Assembly: GCA_965644295.1 (NCBI GenBank) | Contig: CBFFRP010000109.1 | Span: forward strand, 62,001-126,000 | DNA: 64,000 nt | Source of the DNA: Paraphysomonas bandaiensis | Taxonomy: Eukaryota > Protista > Chrysophyceae | Reading direction: 5' to 3' | In this document: positions 1 to 10,260 of the stretch, one piece after another | How positions within the stretch are numbered: position 1 is the first letter of the stretch | Layout: each line of letters begins with the position of its first letter | Program-made: the position numbers and the translations under genes | Notes under the pieces: generated by a model | Database searches by the model: none | What the model was told of the DNA's origin: nothing | What the model saw: only the letters and a program-made list of their open reading frames with translations

Positions 1-87
1 AACATCATTTCAACACACTTCGACGACTGTCTTGCCATTAAAATTACGAAATTGGACCCACTATATCACACACTACAAAATCTGAAA

Positions 88-1077
88 TTACACTTGTTTA
101 ACACCAGTCGTGTAGGTAACGTCGTAAGTAATGCCACACATATCTTCACCATAAGCAAGGCGAATGTAACCATTCTCACCCCAACTGTCTGACCACGAGT
201 TTCGGACCTTCCAGTATCCAGCACCAGTATCGACACCAACCAACTGGACAGCGTGATTGATAGAATCACCACAAGTGCTCATGACACCGCCAGTGTACGT
301 GCTCCAAGTAGTAGCATCGATGGCAATTGAGAGAGGACCAGTAGACTTGATATAGTCAGCCATAGCAGCTTCACCATCGGTAATGGTCTCGTATCCACCG
401 ACAGTAAGGACATATTTGCTGCTTTCAGAATGGCAAGAGTCAGCAGATCCATCCTCGCCAGAGATATATGGGTAGTCAGATTCAGTCTCAATACCACCCG
501 TTCTCTTGACGTAGTTATAGGCTCTCTCTTGAAGACCACCGTTACACCCCATAGAAGTACGGTCGCACTCAACCAACTGCTGAGGGGATAGTGTGTAAGT
601 CACAGACAACTCTCTCATAGCGTCGGACTCAATCTGCTCAGAGGCAGCGAAGGCCCAACAAGAACCACAGTAGCCCTGATCCTTGACAGGAGTTGTATAA
701 ATTCCGCTCCAGTCAACAAGTTCTTCGGTGCCCGTGTAAGGCGCAACCTTAGCAGACGACACATTTGTCTTCTCCCCCTTGGTGTAGGTGAGGTACCTGG
801 ACTTGAACTCTTCAGGTGTGAGGTCAGAGAAGCGTGTGATACCATGAACAGCTGATCCATGTGCTTTCTTCTCAGCGGCATTTCTCTCATCAATGTGTCT
901 TAAGTTCTGCACGAAGACAGCGAATCGGTTGGACTCTTCCTCCATGGTGGGGTAGGACTTGCGGTGATCCCTCTTAAAAGATTCCCACATCAATTTTAGG
1001 TTCTGAGCGGGAGCGGAGCTAAGCTCAGCCGACACAGTGGCCGCAAGCATAGATACAGCAAGAGTCTGATAGATCAT
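88..1077 (-). CDS. Papain-family (C1A) cysteine protease, cathepsin-like, with signal peptide and I29 propeptide
   Basis: Intronless ORF; hydrophobic N-terminus; propeptide E..RF.VF..N...I and GITRFSDLT; catalytic QGYCGSCWAF, NHAV and RNSW motifs. Confidence 0.96.
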   Translation of the reverse strand: MIYQTLAVSMLAATVSAELSSAPAQNLKLMWESFKRDHRKSYPTMEEESNRFAVFVQNLRHIDERNAAEKKAHGSAVHGITRFSDLTPEEFKSRYLTYTKGEKTNVSSAKVAPYTGTEELVDWSGIYTTPVKDQGYCGSCWAFAASEQIESDAMRELSVTYTLSPQQLVECDRTSMGCNGGLQERAYNYVKRTGGIETESDYPYISGEDGSADSCHSESSKYVLTVGGYETITDGEAAMADYIKSTGPLSIAIDATTWSTYTGGVMSTCGDSINHAVQLVGVDTGAGYWKVRNSWSDSWGENGYIRLAYGEDMCGITYDVTYTTGVKQV

Positions 1078-1676
1078 TTTGTAGTTGGTTAGGGAAGCGG
1101 TGGCAGGAAAGTGATATCACAGAAGTGGGTTGAATAATGATCCAAGTAGGAATTCTTAACATACTCCTCTTGTCCCTCAGAATTGATGACGTAGAACGCA
1201 AGAAGTGTTGCATCATATCTCTTCCTGAATCTTCAAGGTAACTGGAATCTTGTAGAGGTACGCTGATGGAAACTGAAATTGTATGGCCTTTTATACTTAA
1301 AGTAGTTTTTTTTTATAGTTTTCAGTCTATGTAAAATCATGTCCTACGGCGTTCGTAGGAATTCCTGGTATGTATGAATTTTGGTGCTGGATTTTCGGGT
1401 AATCCAGCACTTTTTTGGTCTACCGATCGCACCCTAAAGTACTCAATTATTCCGTAGTTTTTGGGCATTTCGTGTTTGCAGATTAGAGTGGAATTAAAAG
1501 TAAGTAAGTTGTGGGCTAATCAAAAGAGTTCATGGGAATATGATTGGTTATACTATGATGATGTAGTAATAACGGTATTGTGTGTAGATTCGCAGTGTGT
1601 ACTTGTTTATCACCCCCCCGTACACAATATACCTACTGGCGTTTTAAGTTGGAGATTGGTGTATACCGGAGTGGAG

Positions 1677-4496
1677 ATGAGTGCTCCAAAGAAAAAGTCT
1701 TGGGCCGGAAAACTAGTTAATTCTTTTCTTGGGAAACAGAAATCGGACAGGAGCATTGGCGATAAAAATCGTACCAGCATCCCTCACCGTAATCTGCCTG
1801 CACGATCTGATAGTGAAGCTAACTTTCAGAGGAGTACTGCCGTGCCCAAATCTTCTAGAGCAGTGAGTAATGTGTCAAGGAGGAGGCGCAATTATTCGGA
1901 TCGTGTGAAGGAGGCAGACCAAGAACAAGCACAGGACTGTAGCCTCGAGTCTGATAATACCGTCACTAATGATAAAATCACTTATTCGTCTTCTCGGTCT
2001 AACTCAGAAAAAACTGATAAAATTATGACAGATGAACTTTACCACTCCTCGCTTTCACCACGACCGCAGTTTTCTCCCAAGAAAAAGAGCACCACTACAA
2101 CAGCTATTAAAGGTCAAAACGATATGAAACAGTCTGAAGGTCCCGGCACATTTGAAACAGAAGCGCCGACTGAGGAAGCTAGTAGCAATGACACAAGTTT
2201 CCGAAATAGTAGTACCACCGCTTCAGACGATAGAGTTAATATATTAACCACCAATACTGCACCAACGGGTACGCACCCACTCGAATTCTCACAAGTTAAT
2301 ACTTTTCTTCTACGCCCTGTGAATCAGAGCGGAGATGATGATGGAAGTGAACGAGACCCTGGACTGACTGACAGCAGACGTGCTGCCACATTGTTTGAAG
2401 GGAAAGAGAGCGGTCGTAGTAACGAGTTTGATGCCTTGTCCGACAGCAGTGGTTCAATAGATCTCGTGGCTGTGGCTAATAACGTAACAACACCATTGGA
2501 CAGGCCACCTATCGAAGAATCAGGCTCCAGTATTCAAGTATGTAGTGTACGTTTGAAAGGGTCAAGCCCTGCATCCGACGCAGGTGAAACTAATCAAGAG
2601 TCTAATTCCTCAGCTGTCGATGTTTGCAAAGCAAGAGACATATATCCTGCTACTAACTCGTGGCGCCTATCTTCATCGTGTGAGGAATCGGATGTTTCTA
2701 TAATGTCGTCACCATTGTCACATAGTGACGAAGAAAGTCAGTCGGATCGTGATCCGTTGCAACTGGAGGATTTTTCATCTACCGACATTTGTCCTCCTGC
2801 TTCAAAGGATCAACGCAGCGCTGGTACTAGAGATGATATTGGTGGTGACTCATCCAATGTTTCTGTTTCAGTAGTTGACAATTCGGAAGGAAGTGCTACA
2901 GCAATACCATCTGATACAGTTGTCGACGATAAGACACATGAGGACACAACACCTTTGGCTAGGCATGTTGATTCCAATGTATCGAAGGATGATAGCAGAG
3001 ATGTACCTACCGCATACTCAGATACTGATACTTCTCCTCCTGCTTCAAAGAATCAACACAGCGCTGGTACTATAGGTGATATAGGTGGTGACTCATCTAA
3101 TGTTTCTGTTTCATTTGTTACATCAATACCATCTGATACAGTTGTCGACGATAAGACACATGAGGACACAACACCTTTGGCTAGGCATGTTGCTTCCAAT
3201 GTATCGAAGGATGATAGCAGAGATGTACCTACCGCATACTCAGATACTGATACTTCTCCTCCTGCTTCAAAGAATCAACACAGCGCTGGTACTATAGGTG
3301 ATATAGGTGGTGACTCATCTAATGTTTCTGTTTCATTTGTTACATCAATACCATCTGATACAGTTGTCGACGATAAGACACATGAGGACACAACACCTTT
3401 GGCTAGGCATGTTGCTTCCAATGTATCGAAGGATGATAGCAGAGATGTACCTACCGCATACTCAGATACTGATACTTCTCCTCCTGCTTCAAAGAATCAA
3501 CACAGCGCTGGTACTATAGGTGATATAGGTGGTGACTCATCCAATGTTTCTGTTTCATTTGTTACATCAATACCATCTGATACAGTTGTCGACGATAAGA
3601 CACATGAGGACACAACACCTTTGGCTAGGCATGTTGATTCCAATGTATCGAAGGATGATAGCAGAGATGTACCTACCGCATACTCAGATACTGATACTTC
3701 TCCTCCTGCTTCAAAGAATCAACACAGCGCTGGTACTATAGGTGATATAGGTGGTGACTCATCCAATGTTTCTGTTTCAGTAGTTGACACTTCGGAAGGA
3801 AGTGCTACAGCAATACCATCTGATACAGTTGTCGACGATAAGACATATGAAGTTTCAGTATTCTTGGCCAAGCACAATGCGTCAAAGGGATTGAAGGATG
3901 ATAGCAGAGATATACCTTTTTCGTATACAGATACCAGCTTTTCTACACAGCACCGCGCTGGTGCCACCTGTGATATTGATGATGCTCAGAGTTCACCAGA
4001 AGTTTTAGACGAGTTGCACGACTTGCAATCGTCCTCAGGCTCAGAATTATCCAGCATATTTAACCATGTAGTAGATAGTCAAAATAAATCCATTATATTG
4101 CCCCATAAGGTTACAAATGACGACGGAACTGCACCTTTCACAAACTGCGACGAGGAGATAGAAAACTATTTTCGACTGGGTGGTTTAGTAGCCACAAAGG
4201 CGTCATTCACTCGTAGACGGGAATGTACTACAAGCCAAGCGAAAACATCTGAAGCAGCGTCACTGGTGGATAAGGGGAGCAATAGTATGCATCGTTCACG
4301 GAGACACCATTTAGGAGCGGATATCGGCCGTGGCAATACCCTCTGCGCTGTAACTACAACAATGGCTCGATTGGAGCATGCAGATCCCATATCGCTGTAC
4401 TTTTACTTAGGGAGTGTCTATGCTGGTGTTGGTGTTAAGCATACTATCGATGCAAGTAAAGGAGATTGTCCAATGCTATTGGACGTCGAGGAATAA
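1677..4496 (+). CDS. Ser/Asp/Thr-rich low-complexity protein with internal 74/81-aa tandem repeats, function unknown
   Basis: Long uninterrupted ORF; first ATG at 1677 (MSAPKKK); the track start at 1461 is a TTG. Confidence 0.7.
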   Translation: MSAPKKKSWAGKLVNSFLGKQKSDRSIGDKNRTSIPHRNLPARSDSEANFQRSTAVPKSSRAVSNVSRRRRNYSDRVKEADQEQAQDCSLESDNTVTNDKITYSSSRSNSEKTDKIMTDELYHSSLSPRPQFSPKKKSTTTTAIKGQNDMKQSEGPGTFETEAPTEEASSNDTSFRNSSTTASDDRVNILTTNTAPTGTHPLEFSQVNTFLLRPVNQSGDDDGSERDPGLTDSRRAATLFEGKESGRSNEFDALSDSSGSIDLVAVANNVTTPLDRPPIEESGSSIQVCSVRLKGSSPASDAGETNQESNSSAVDVCKARDIYPATNSWRLSSSCEESDVSIMSSPLSHSDEESQSDRDPLQLEDFSSTDICPPASKDQRSAGTRDDIGGDSSNVSVSVVDNSEGSATAIPSDTVVDDKTHEDTTPLARHVDSNVSKDDSRDVPTAYSDTDTSPPASKNQHSAGTIGDIGGDSSNVSVSFVTSIPSDTVVDDKTHEDTTPLARHVASNVSKDDSRDVPTAYSDTDTSPPASKNQHSAGTIGDIGGDSSNVSVSFVTSIPSDTVVDDKTHEDTTPLARHVASNVSKDDSRDVPTAYSDTDTSPPASKNQHSAGTIGDIGGDSSNVSVSFVTSIPSDTVVDDKTHEDTTPLARHVDSNVSKDDSRDVPTAYSDTDTSPPASKNQHSAGTIGDIGGDSSNVSVSVVDTSEGSATAIPSDTVVDDKTYEVSVFLAKHNASKGLKDDSRDIPFSYTDTSFSTQHRAGATCDIDDAQSSPEVLDELHDLQSSSGSELSSIFNHVVDSQNKSIILPHKVTNDDGTAPFTNCDEEIENYFRLGGLVATKASFTRRRECTTSQAKTSEAASLVDKGSNSMHRSRRHHLGADIGRGNTLCAVTTTMARLEHADPISLYFYLGSVYAGVGVKHTIDASKGDCPMLLDVEE
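2792..3965 (+). repeat. Coding tandem repeat, about 5 units of 243/222/222/222/~243 bp
   Basis: CCATCTGATACAGTTGTCGACGATAAGACA recurs at ~2907, 3129, 3351, 3573 and 3816; unit lengths are multiples of 3. Confidence 0.95.
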
Positions 4497-5385
4497 AATG
4501 TTATTGTTGGAGTTACTTGGTGTTTGAGTGTTAATTTCCAGCTTTTATGTTGCTCCTATTCTAAAATTCGTGGTATATTAATATGTGTATGACGTATATG
4601 ACTAGTAATATGTATATAATAGACGTATATAATATAATAAGCTAGAGTAGTGCGTGTTGTTGCGATATTTTTATTTTCTTCAACAGTACATACATGCGTA
4701 CATACTATTTTTTCGATTGTAGCTATTTTGTAAATTACCACCAATCTTGATTCTTACTTCTTTTAAAATTCGATTAATTTATCCTGAAACCTGAAGCATG
4801 TTAATAGGAAAATAGAGCAAACACATATAAGGTTTAGTAAAAATTAGGTGTCTTCTCTGCTCCCAATGTGTTTCCTAGTGTAGAAAATATGGAAAATAGA
4901 GCAACTATTATGTAGTATGTGGCATATTCGAATTCTTTGACCACCTATAAACACGAATTAGTTTATTACTCAGTACTCAGGTTTAAGTAGTTACTGCGAT
5001 AATTTTAACAATATGTAGAGCTTGAACAGCCACATGTTTCAGTTATTAAGGTAAGATGTTTTTATCCATTAAAACACATACTATACAGACACTATTCTTT
5101 GGTAAATTGCTACTACGCGTAGTAATATACGTAGTAAGATACAACGTAAGGATGTGTTGGTGAGACCCTGAGAAAGGAAAACGTACACAGCAGTATCAGA
5201 AATTTTGCTTCCACTTTTTGTTTAACTTTTTGTGAAACATAACAACCCATCATATTCATTCACACATACAGTATTGTGACCACTGCCTCCGAATCCTGTT
5301 CTGAACGGCACACCTCTATAAAGTTACCAAGAGGAGGAAAACGGAACGAAGCAATTCCTGTTTAAGCGAACTTGAACTCAATCTC

Positions 5386-5901
5386 AACAAAGTTGGACTC
5401 ACACCATTTTGTGGTGTTTTGGGGGCGGATAATGCCGGAGATATTTCTCTTGGAAACTAATGTGAGCTGCATATATAGTTAGCAGATAATTTTCTGCCCA
5501 CTCAGCGCCTAATGCTTGTGTGGTACAAGGGCTAATATAAGTGTCACTTGTATAGACGTCTTTGAGCCGTGACGAATAAACAGGACCACCTGAAGGGTAA
5601 CCGCGGTATTGGGCTGACTGCTGAAGTCAAGCATCCGGGATGTTCACCATAAGGGCTCAAAAATCCTGAAGTTAGCAGATGCCAGATGCCAGGCATATCA
5701 ACATTCTGCTTACTCACTGCGTTTGCCTTGCGTAATAGAGCGAAAGTGGTTGCATCTTGGTGCTTGCGGTGACGCACAAGCAGAGTTCGTAGTGTTAAAT
5801 ATTAGTAGGATATTAGAGTTAAGCACTAGAGAGTTAAATTGCAATGCTGAATTACTTCTGATTACTTACACGCGTATTACTAATAATAAGGCATTCACTA
5901 C
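5386..5901 (+). repeat. Dispersed repeat family, copy 1
   Basis: Shares blocks TGCTTGTGTGGTACAAGGG, TAGACGTCTTTG, GGTATTGGGCTG..GCTGAA..CAAGCATCC, AAGTGGT..CA.CTTGGTGCTTGCG and TAATAATAAG.C with the other copies. Confidence 0.9.
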
Positions 5902-6429
5902 TTCTGTGACTACCAGTACATACGCAATATATTGGTAGTGTACATGCGTATTCTGCGGAATAGTATCAGGCGTACTCTTAGAGCGAGTGTAATTAGGATT
6001 CGTTAATGCTATGCATTTAACTAAAATATCTAGCTAGAGTAGCTAATCCATATGTTATATAACGTTGTAATACTTTTAGGTTACTATATTTCACACTAGA
6101 AGTTTTAAAACTATATACATGACGATAACATTATAGTAACTACGACAGAATATAGCTTCAATCCAAACGATCGTCATAATCACCTTGCCATACATCAACC
6201 TCATCCCCCTTCATATCGAGATCATCAGCACACACAATAGTACTATCATCTTCGTACTTAGTTAATATAAACCTTAGTGTATACACCCGCTTCGCGATCA
6301 AGTGCAGTCGCACGATCACTTACATTCTGCGCTTTCTCTGGTACCATACTCACGATAATCTTCCAGTAGATGTTATCATAATTCTTTCATGTGTGTAACC
6401 AGTACTCTCTGGCAACATACTATTTCCCA

Positions 6430-6890
6430 TCTCCGGTACCTTTCGGTACTTGAAATACCTGCAACGTCCTTGTTCAATCAACGTCCACAAGATAACGACG
6501 TAATGTACCACACTCCTTTGTTCTGAAGTGAGTAGAACTACACGTTCGCCTTTACCTGAGAGTACTTTGGCAGAAGAACCACATCCATTGTTCTCGATAC
6601 CATGTATACTCAAAAGTGAGGCTTTTATTAACGCAGGTAGACATACAGAAATTTCTTCGGCTGTGAACCAATTTGTCTATTATCCTCCCAACTTTGGCTT
6701 TTAAATGTTCTACATAAAATACGTCTACTACACTCCTGTCGACGCATAAGAGAGATGCTGTGCTTATTCGTGCTGATGCATTTTTTCGAAACGAAGCTCA
6801 TTTTGTGCAGTCGATAGTGCCGTTGATCAGACACCAACTTAACCTCAAAGACATGCTCACATCTTCTGAAGATAGAGTAGTACAACTAAT
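6430..6890 (-). pseudogene. Decayed DDE transposase fragment (IS630/Tc1-like, GKG-R/DYH group)
   Basis: Frameshifted pieces in the expected order: LYVYL, HFEYTWY, KVLSGKGERVVLL, VFQVPKGTGD. Confidence 0.5.
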
Positions 6891-7506
6891 ACGACTATAT
6901 GGACATTGGCTGATAAGGTGTAAAGACAGGGTCTGAAAAAGGTCGTAAAGGTGGTCTCGGAGGTAATATCAGGGTCTAAATCACCACGGACCACCGAATC
7001 ACTGCTCCGAGGCCTTCACTGGAATATATTGGCCTAATTCCTGTCCACTTGAGGTCCACGAGGCTTGCATGGTCTCTTGTATCGCAATGTCTCATTTATA
7101 TTTCCTCTCGACATCTTAGAAAGATTGAGAGTAACTGAAGGCACTGCCTGGATATTCTGCTACCCAGATGGAGATCATGCTCTACGATGATATGTGCAGG
7201 GGTTGTGTCGCTTGAAGCTGGGCTCAGTGAAAACCCCGACATTCTGGGCCCAAGAAATAGCTTTTTCTGGTGGGTCGACCTGTTTTTTTTAGACGCACAC
7301 CATCATGCATCATACTGCAGTACATCATGGCTCCATCCTTGTGCAGTTTAAGTGGAGTTAGAAGCACCTCTCCAATACCCCTTATGCCACATACCATACT
7401 ATGACTCCTACCACATAATTCACGAATTATTAGCTTCCGCAGCAATGCTCTGTGATCTTTTGCTCTGATAGGCTTGAAATACTCTGTGCGTGTCAATTAT
7501 CAAAGT

Positions 7507-7944
7507 ATGGATCCTGTTAGTAGTGGCACTAGTATTAGTAGAAGATATCCGCCTCCACCATATCCGTTTCCTCATCGCTGGCATGCTGTGAGTCAGGAAC
7601 AGCGAAATGGCAACAAGAAATGGCTGGTTCCTTTGGGTCATATGCCTCCGTGCAGGAGTTCTGTGTCGCCTCCAGTGCCACCTCTACCTAGCACAAGAGC
7701 TCCTCTTCCCGCCGACAACATTCCAAAACAAGAAAAAAATGGACTGAATTCGCCCATGAGTTGTAACCATCTCCCTACAACTGTGCCAAGCAATGAATGT
7801 GCTGGTAAGAATTTCTCCAGTGTTCCTTATAGGGCTGAAAGTGAGGAGGAAGTACTAGTTATCAACGATGCATGGGCCGATAGATTGGCATCGACAATGA
7901 AACGAATCAAAAAGAAAAAGAAAAAACGACGCGGTAATATGTAG
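7507..7944 (+). CDS. Hypothetical Pro-rich protein with basic C-terminal tail
   Basis: ORF from ATG 7507; protein-like C-terminus EEEVLVINDAWADRLASTMKRIKKKKKKRR; no recognisable domain. Confidence 0.4.
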   Translation: MDPVSSGTSISRRYPPPPYPFPHRWHAVSQEQRNGNKKWLVPLGHMPPCRSSVSPPVPPLPSTRAPLPADNIPKQEKNGLNSPMSCNHLPTTVPSNECAGKNFSSVPYRAESEEEVLVINDAWADRLASTMKRIKKKKKKRRGNM

Positions 7945-8639
7945 GGTACTTATTTACTTTAGTGAGTAATTTATTCTTGTAGCGAAAGTATATATAGTGA
8001 TTATAGCAAAATCCAGATTATGTGTACTTGTAGTGATGATAGTATGTTCTATATTGGCTAAAAATTCGAATGTGAGTTGAAGTAGTACTTGTATGTTGTT
8101 CTGGTGTATGTGTGGGCTAGCAATAACTACAGTTGTTTCTCGAATTTGAATGATTTAAAATGCAGGGACTTGATTGATTTTGACAGTGCTTCGCATTGCC
8201 TCTTATTCTTGCCAATAAATAATGACTGAGAAAATAAACTATACTTGCTTGAATGAATATAACTCAATTAATATTCACTGTATTTATTGTTTTATGGATG
8301 ATTTTACTCTGCTTACTAGTACACTATTTTCGATTGTATACATAAAGTTAGTTAGCCTTCAGCTTGGCAATTGTCAACTTGCAAACCACTGGATTATAAT
8401 TTTCTTATTCTAATTTGTCTCCATAAAAGAGTTCTTTCATCTGAAAAGGGTTCAACAGATTCAACAGAACGCTCATATTAGAACGAGAAATTATAGATGT
8501 TCAAATTCAACATCAGTTTGAACAGAAATAGTCTTCTATCTGGAAATTAGTTGGTGAGAGATAACAAACAATAATAATTGCAATTACTACTGTAATCAAG
8601 CGTCCAATTATTGGCATTGCAATTAATTGCCTTCAATTC

Positions 8640-9550
8640 TATTGCTGGCTTTTTGACATTTTGAATAGCTTTCTGAACTAGATCTCATCCGAAAGATGCC
8701 TATTTTTCACTCTAAAACATCAACATCTCCAGGTTTCTAGATGTCATTCGCTTGAAAAAATCAGTCATATTAATCTGAACTCTGTTAAACAATCTCTCAC
8801 AAACATTGATAGTGCTATTCTAATGCGTCATGCAACAGTATGGTGTTGGCAGCTTGGTGCGTGCTGCCTTGCCTTTTCGGTTATATTTAAGTAAAGGAAT
8901 GGCTTCGTATTCCTCAATAATCCTTCTCTTCATCGAATTCACCTTCTGCAGGTACATCATTTATCAAAATGCGTCGCACCTGTGAATTCAGTGCGGTTCA
9001 GTTCTTCTTTCATACTACGCTGAATAATGACTACTGCTTTATCAAAAGCATTTAGAACAATGCCCGCGTCTGTACCCAGTTGTAATTTCATCCCGGGGTA
9101 CTGACGAATCAAATCATCATATTGTACCGGACATCATCACATCCAGACCAAGCTGTTCTTCTGCAACTAATTGCAACCTTTCTGAATGGGACAAAAGCAC
9201 CCCTATACTGGCATGGAACCAACTTGCTTGGGATTGATTGCATGACATCAACATCATAATATATATTATATATATCATACAATGAACTCCATTCAATACT
9301 CTTTAGTTTATTCTTGTGTAGCTTACTTTCATTTCTTAACTGGCGAACTTTGGTGCATAATTGACAAGATTATATCCCACCTAGTCGATTGAAGTGGAAT
9401 CCCACTTCCAGTAAATGCAGCTTGCACCTTCGTGTCACTCCAACCCGCATGGGACTTGGTAAGGTTAGCAAATTGCATCCACCCTGATCCATTATTCTTT
9501 CCCTTAAATAGACCCTTTTTCCGAATAAACACTCTCTGCACTACCATTTA
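8640..9550 (-). pseudogene. Decayed hAT-superfamily transposase
   Basis: Broken reading frames give STRWD (TRW motif), YDDLIRQYPGMKLQLGTDAGIV..FDKAVVIIQ and INVCERLFNRVQINMTDFFKRMTSRNLEMLMF (hAT C-terminal dimerisation-like segment). Confidence 0.65.
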
Positions 9551-10260
9551 GAAGTTCCGTTTAATAATATATAATCTTTTCTTAGTTAAAAAATGTGCGT
9601 AAAATTTGTTCATATAATACCATCCTATAAGTAGCGATAAGTTGCTATTCAATGATACTGCTCTAGTAGAGTGCTGCATACACACACCGTTGCGTATAAG
9701 TTTATTCTTGCACACACACTACTGGTAATATATTATAGCGACGACACTGATTATGATGATGTTGAAAGTTAAAATGACAACAACTCTTTACTTTCATAAT
9801 TACAATTATGTACGAATTTCAATACCTCATTATCCTTTCTGTGGTGGGGTACATTTGTTACTGCTATTTTAAAAATTTGGAGATTCATTGTTTCAAGTTA
9901 ATATAGTAGAATTGTTATTATTTCCTAATGCTAATGCGGTTGATTTGAAACTTTGGTTATTTCATTAGTTTTCGATTTCCATATTGGAATACGATAAGAA
10001 TTGTATAATGACTGATGTTTTCGTAAGGTACACTATGTGCGAAAACGCATAGTTCACAAGACTTTCACTTTTATTGGTATTAACAAGAGATCGAATCATA
10101 TTTCGCTAAATGACCACAAATCAACATTGCACTTCTTTTTCCAGAAGGATAAGTCGCACCAAGGTTTACTCCGTCGTTGGCAAATAATCAAAGTATTATT
10201 ACATGTACACATGATACAATTGCAGTTACAATATACATACAAATAACCCACACATTGCAG

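Noticed and set aside
1461-1676. N-terminal extension of the repeat protein
   Set aside because: Starts at TTG and looks like leader sequence; the first ATG is 1677
2792-3965. Regular repeats as a CRISPR array
   Set aside because: Whole units repeat with no unique spacers, they are in-frame coding, and the context is eukaryotic
5544-5938. Short ORFs inside the dispersed repeats (also 41780-42064)
   Set aside because: Frames are not preserved between copies
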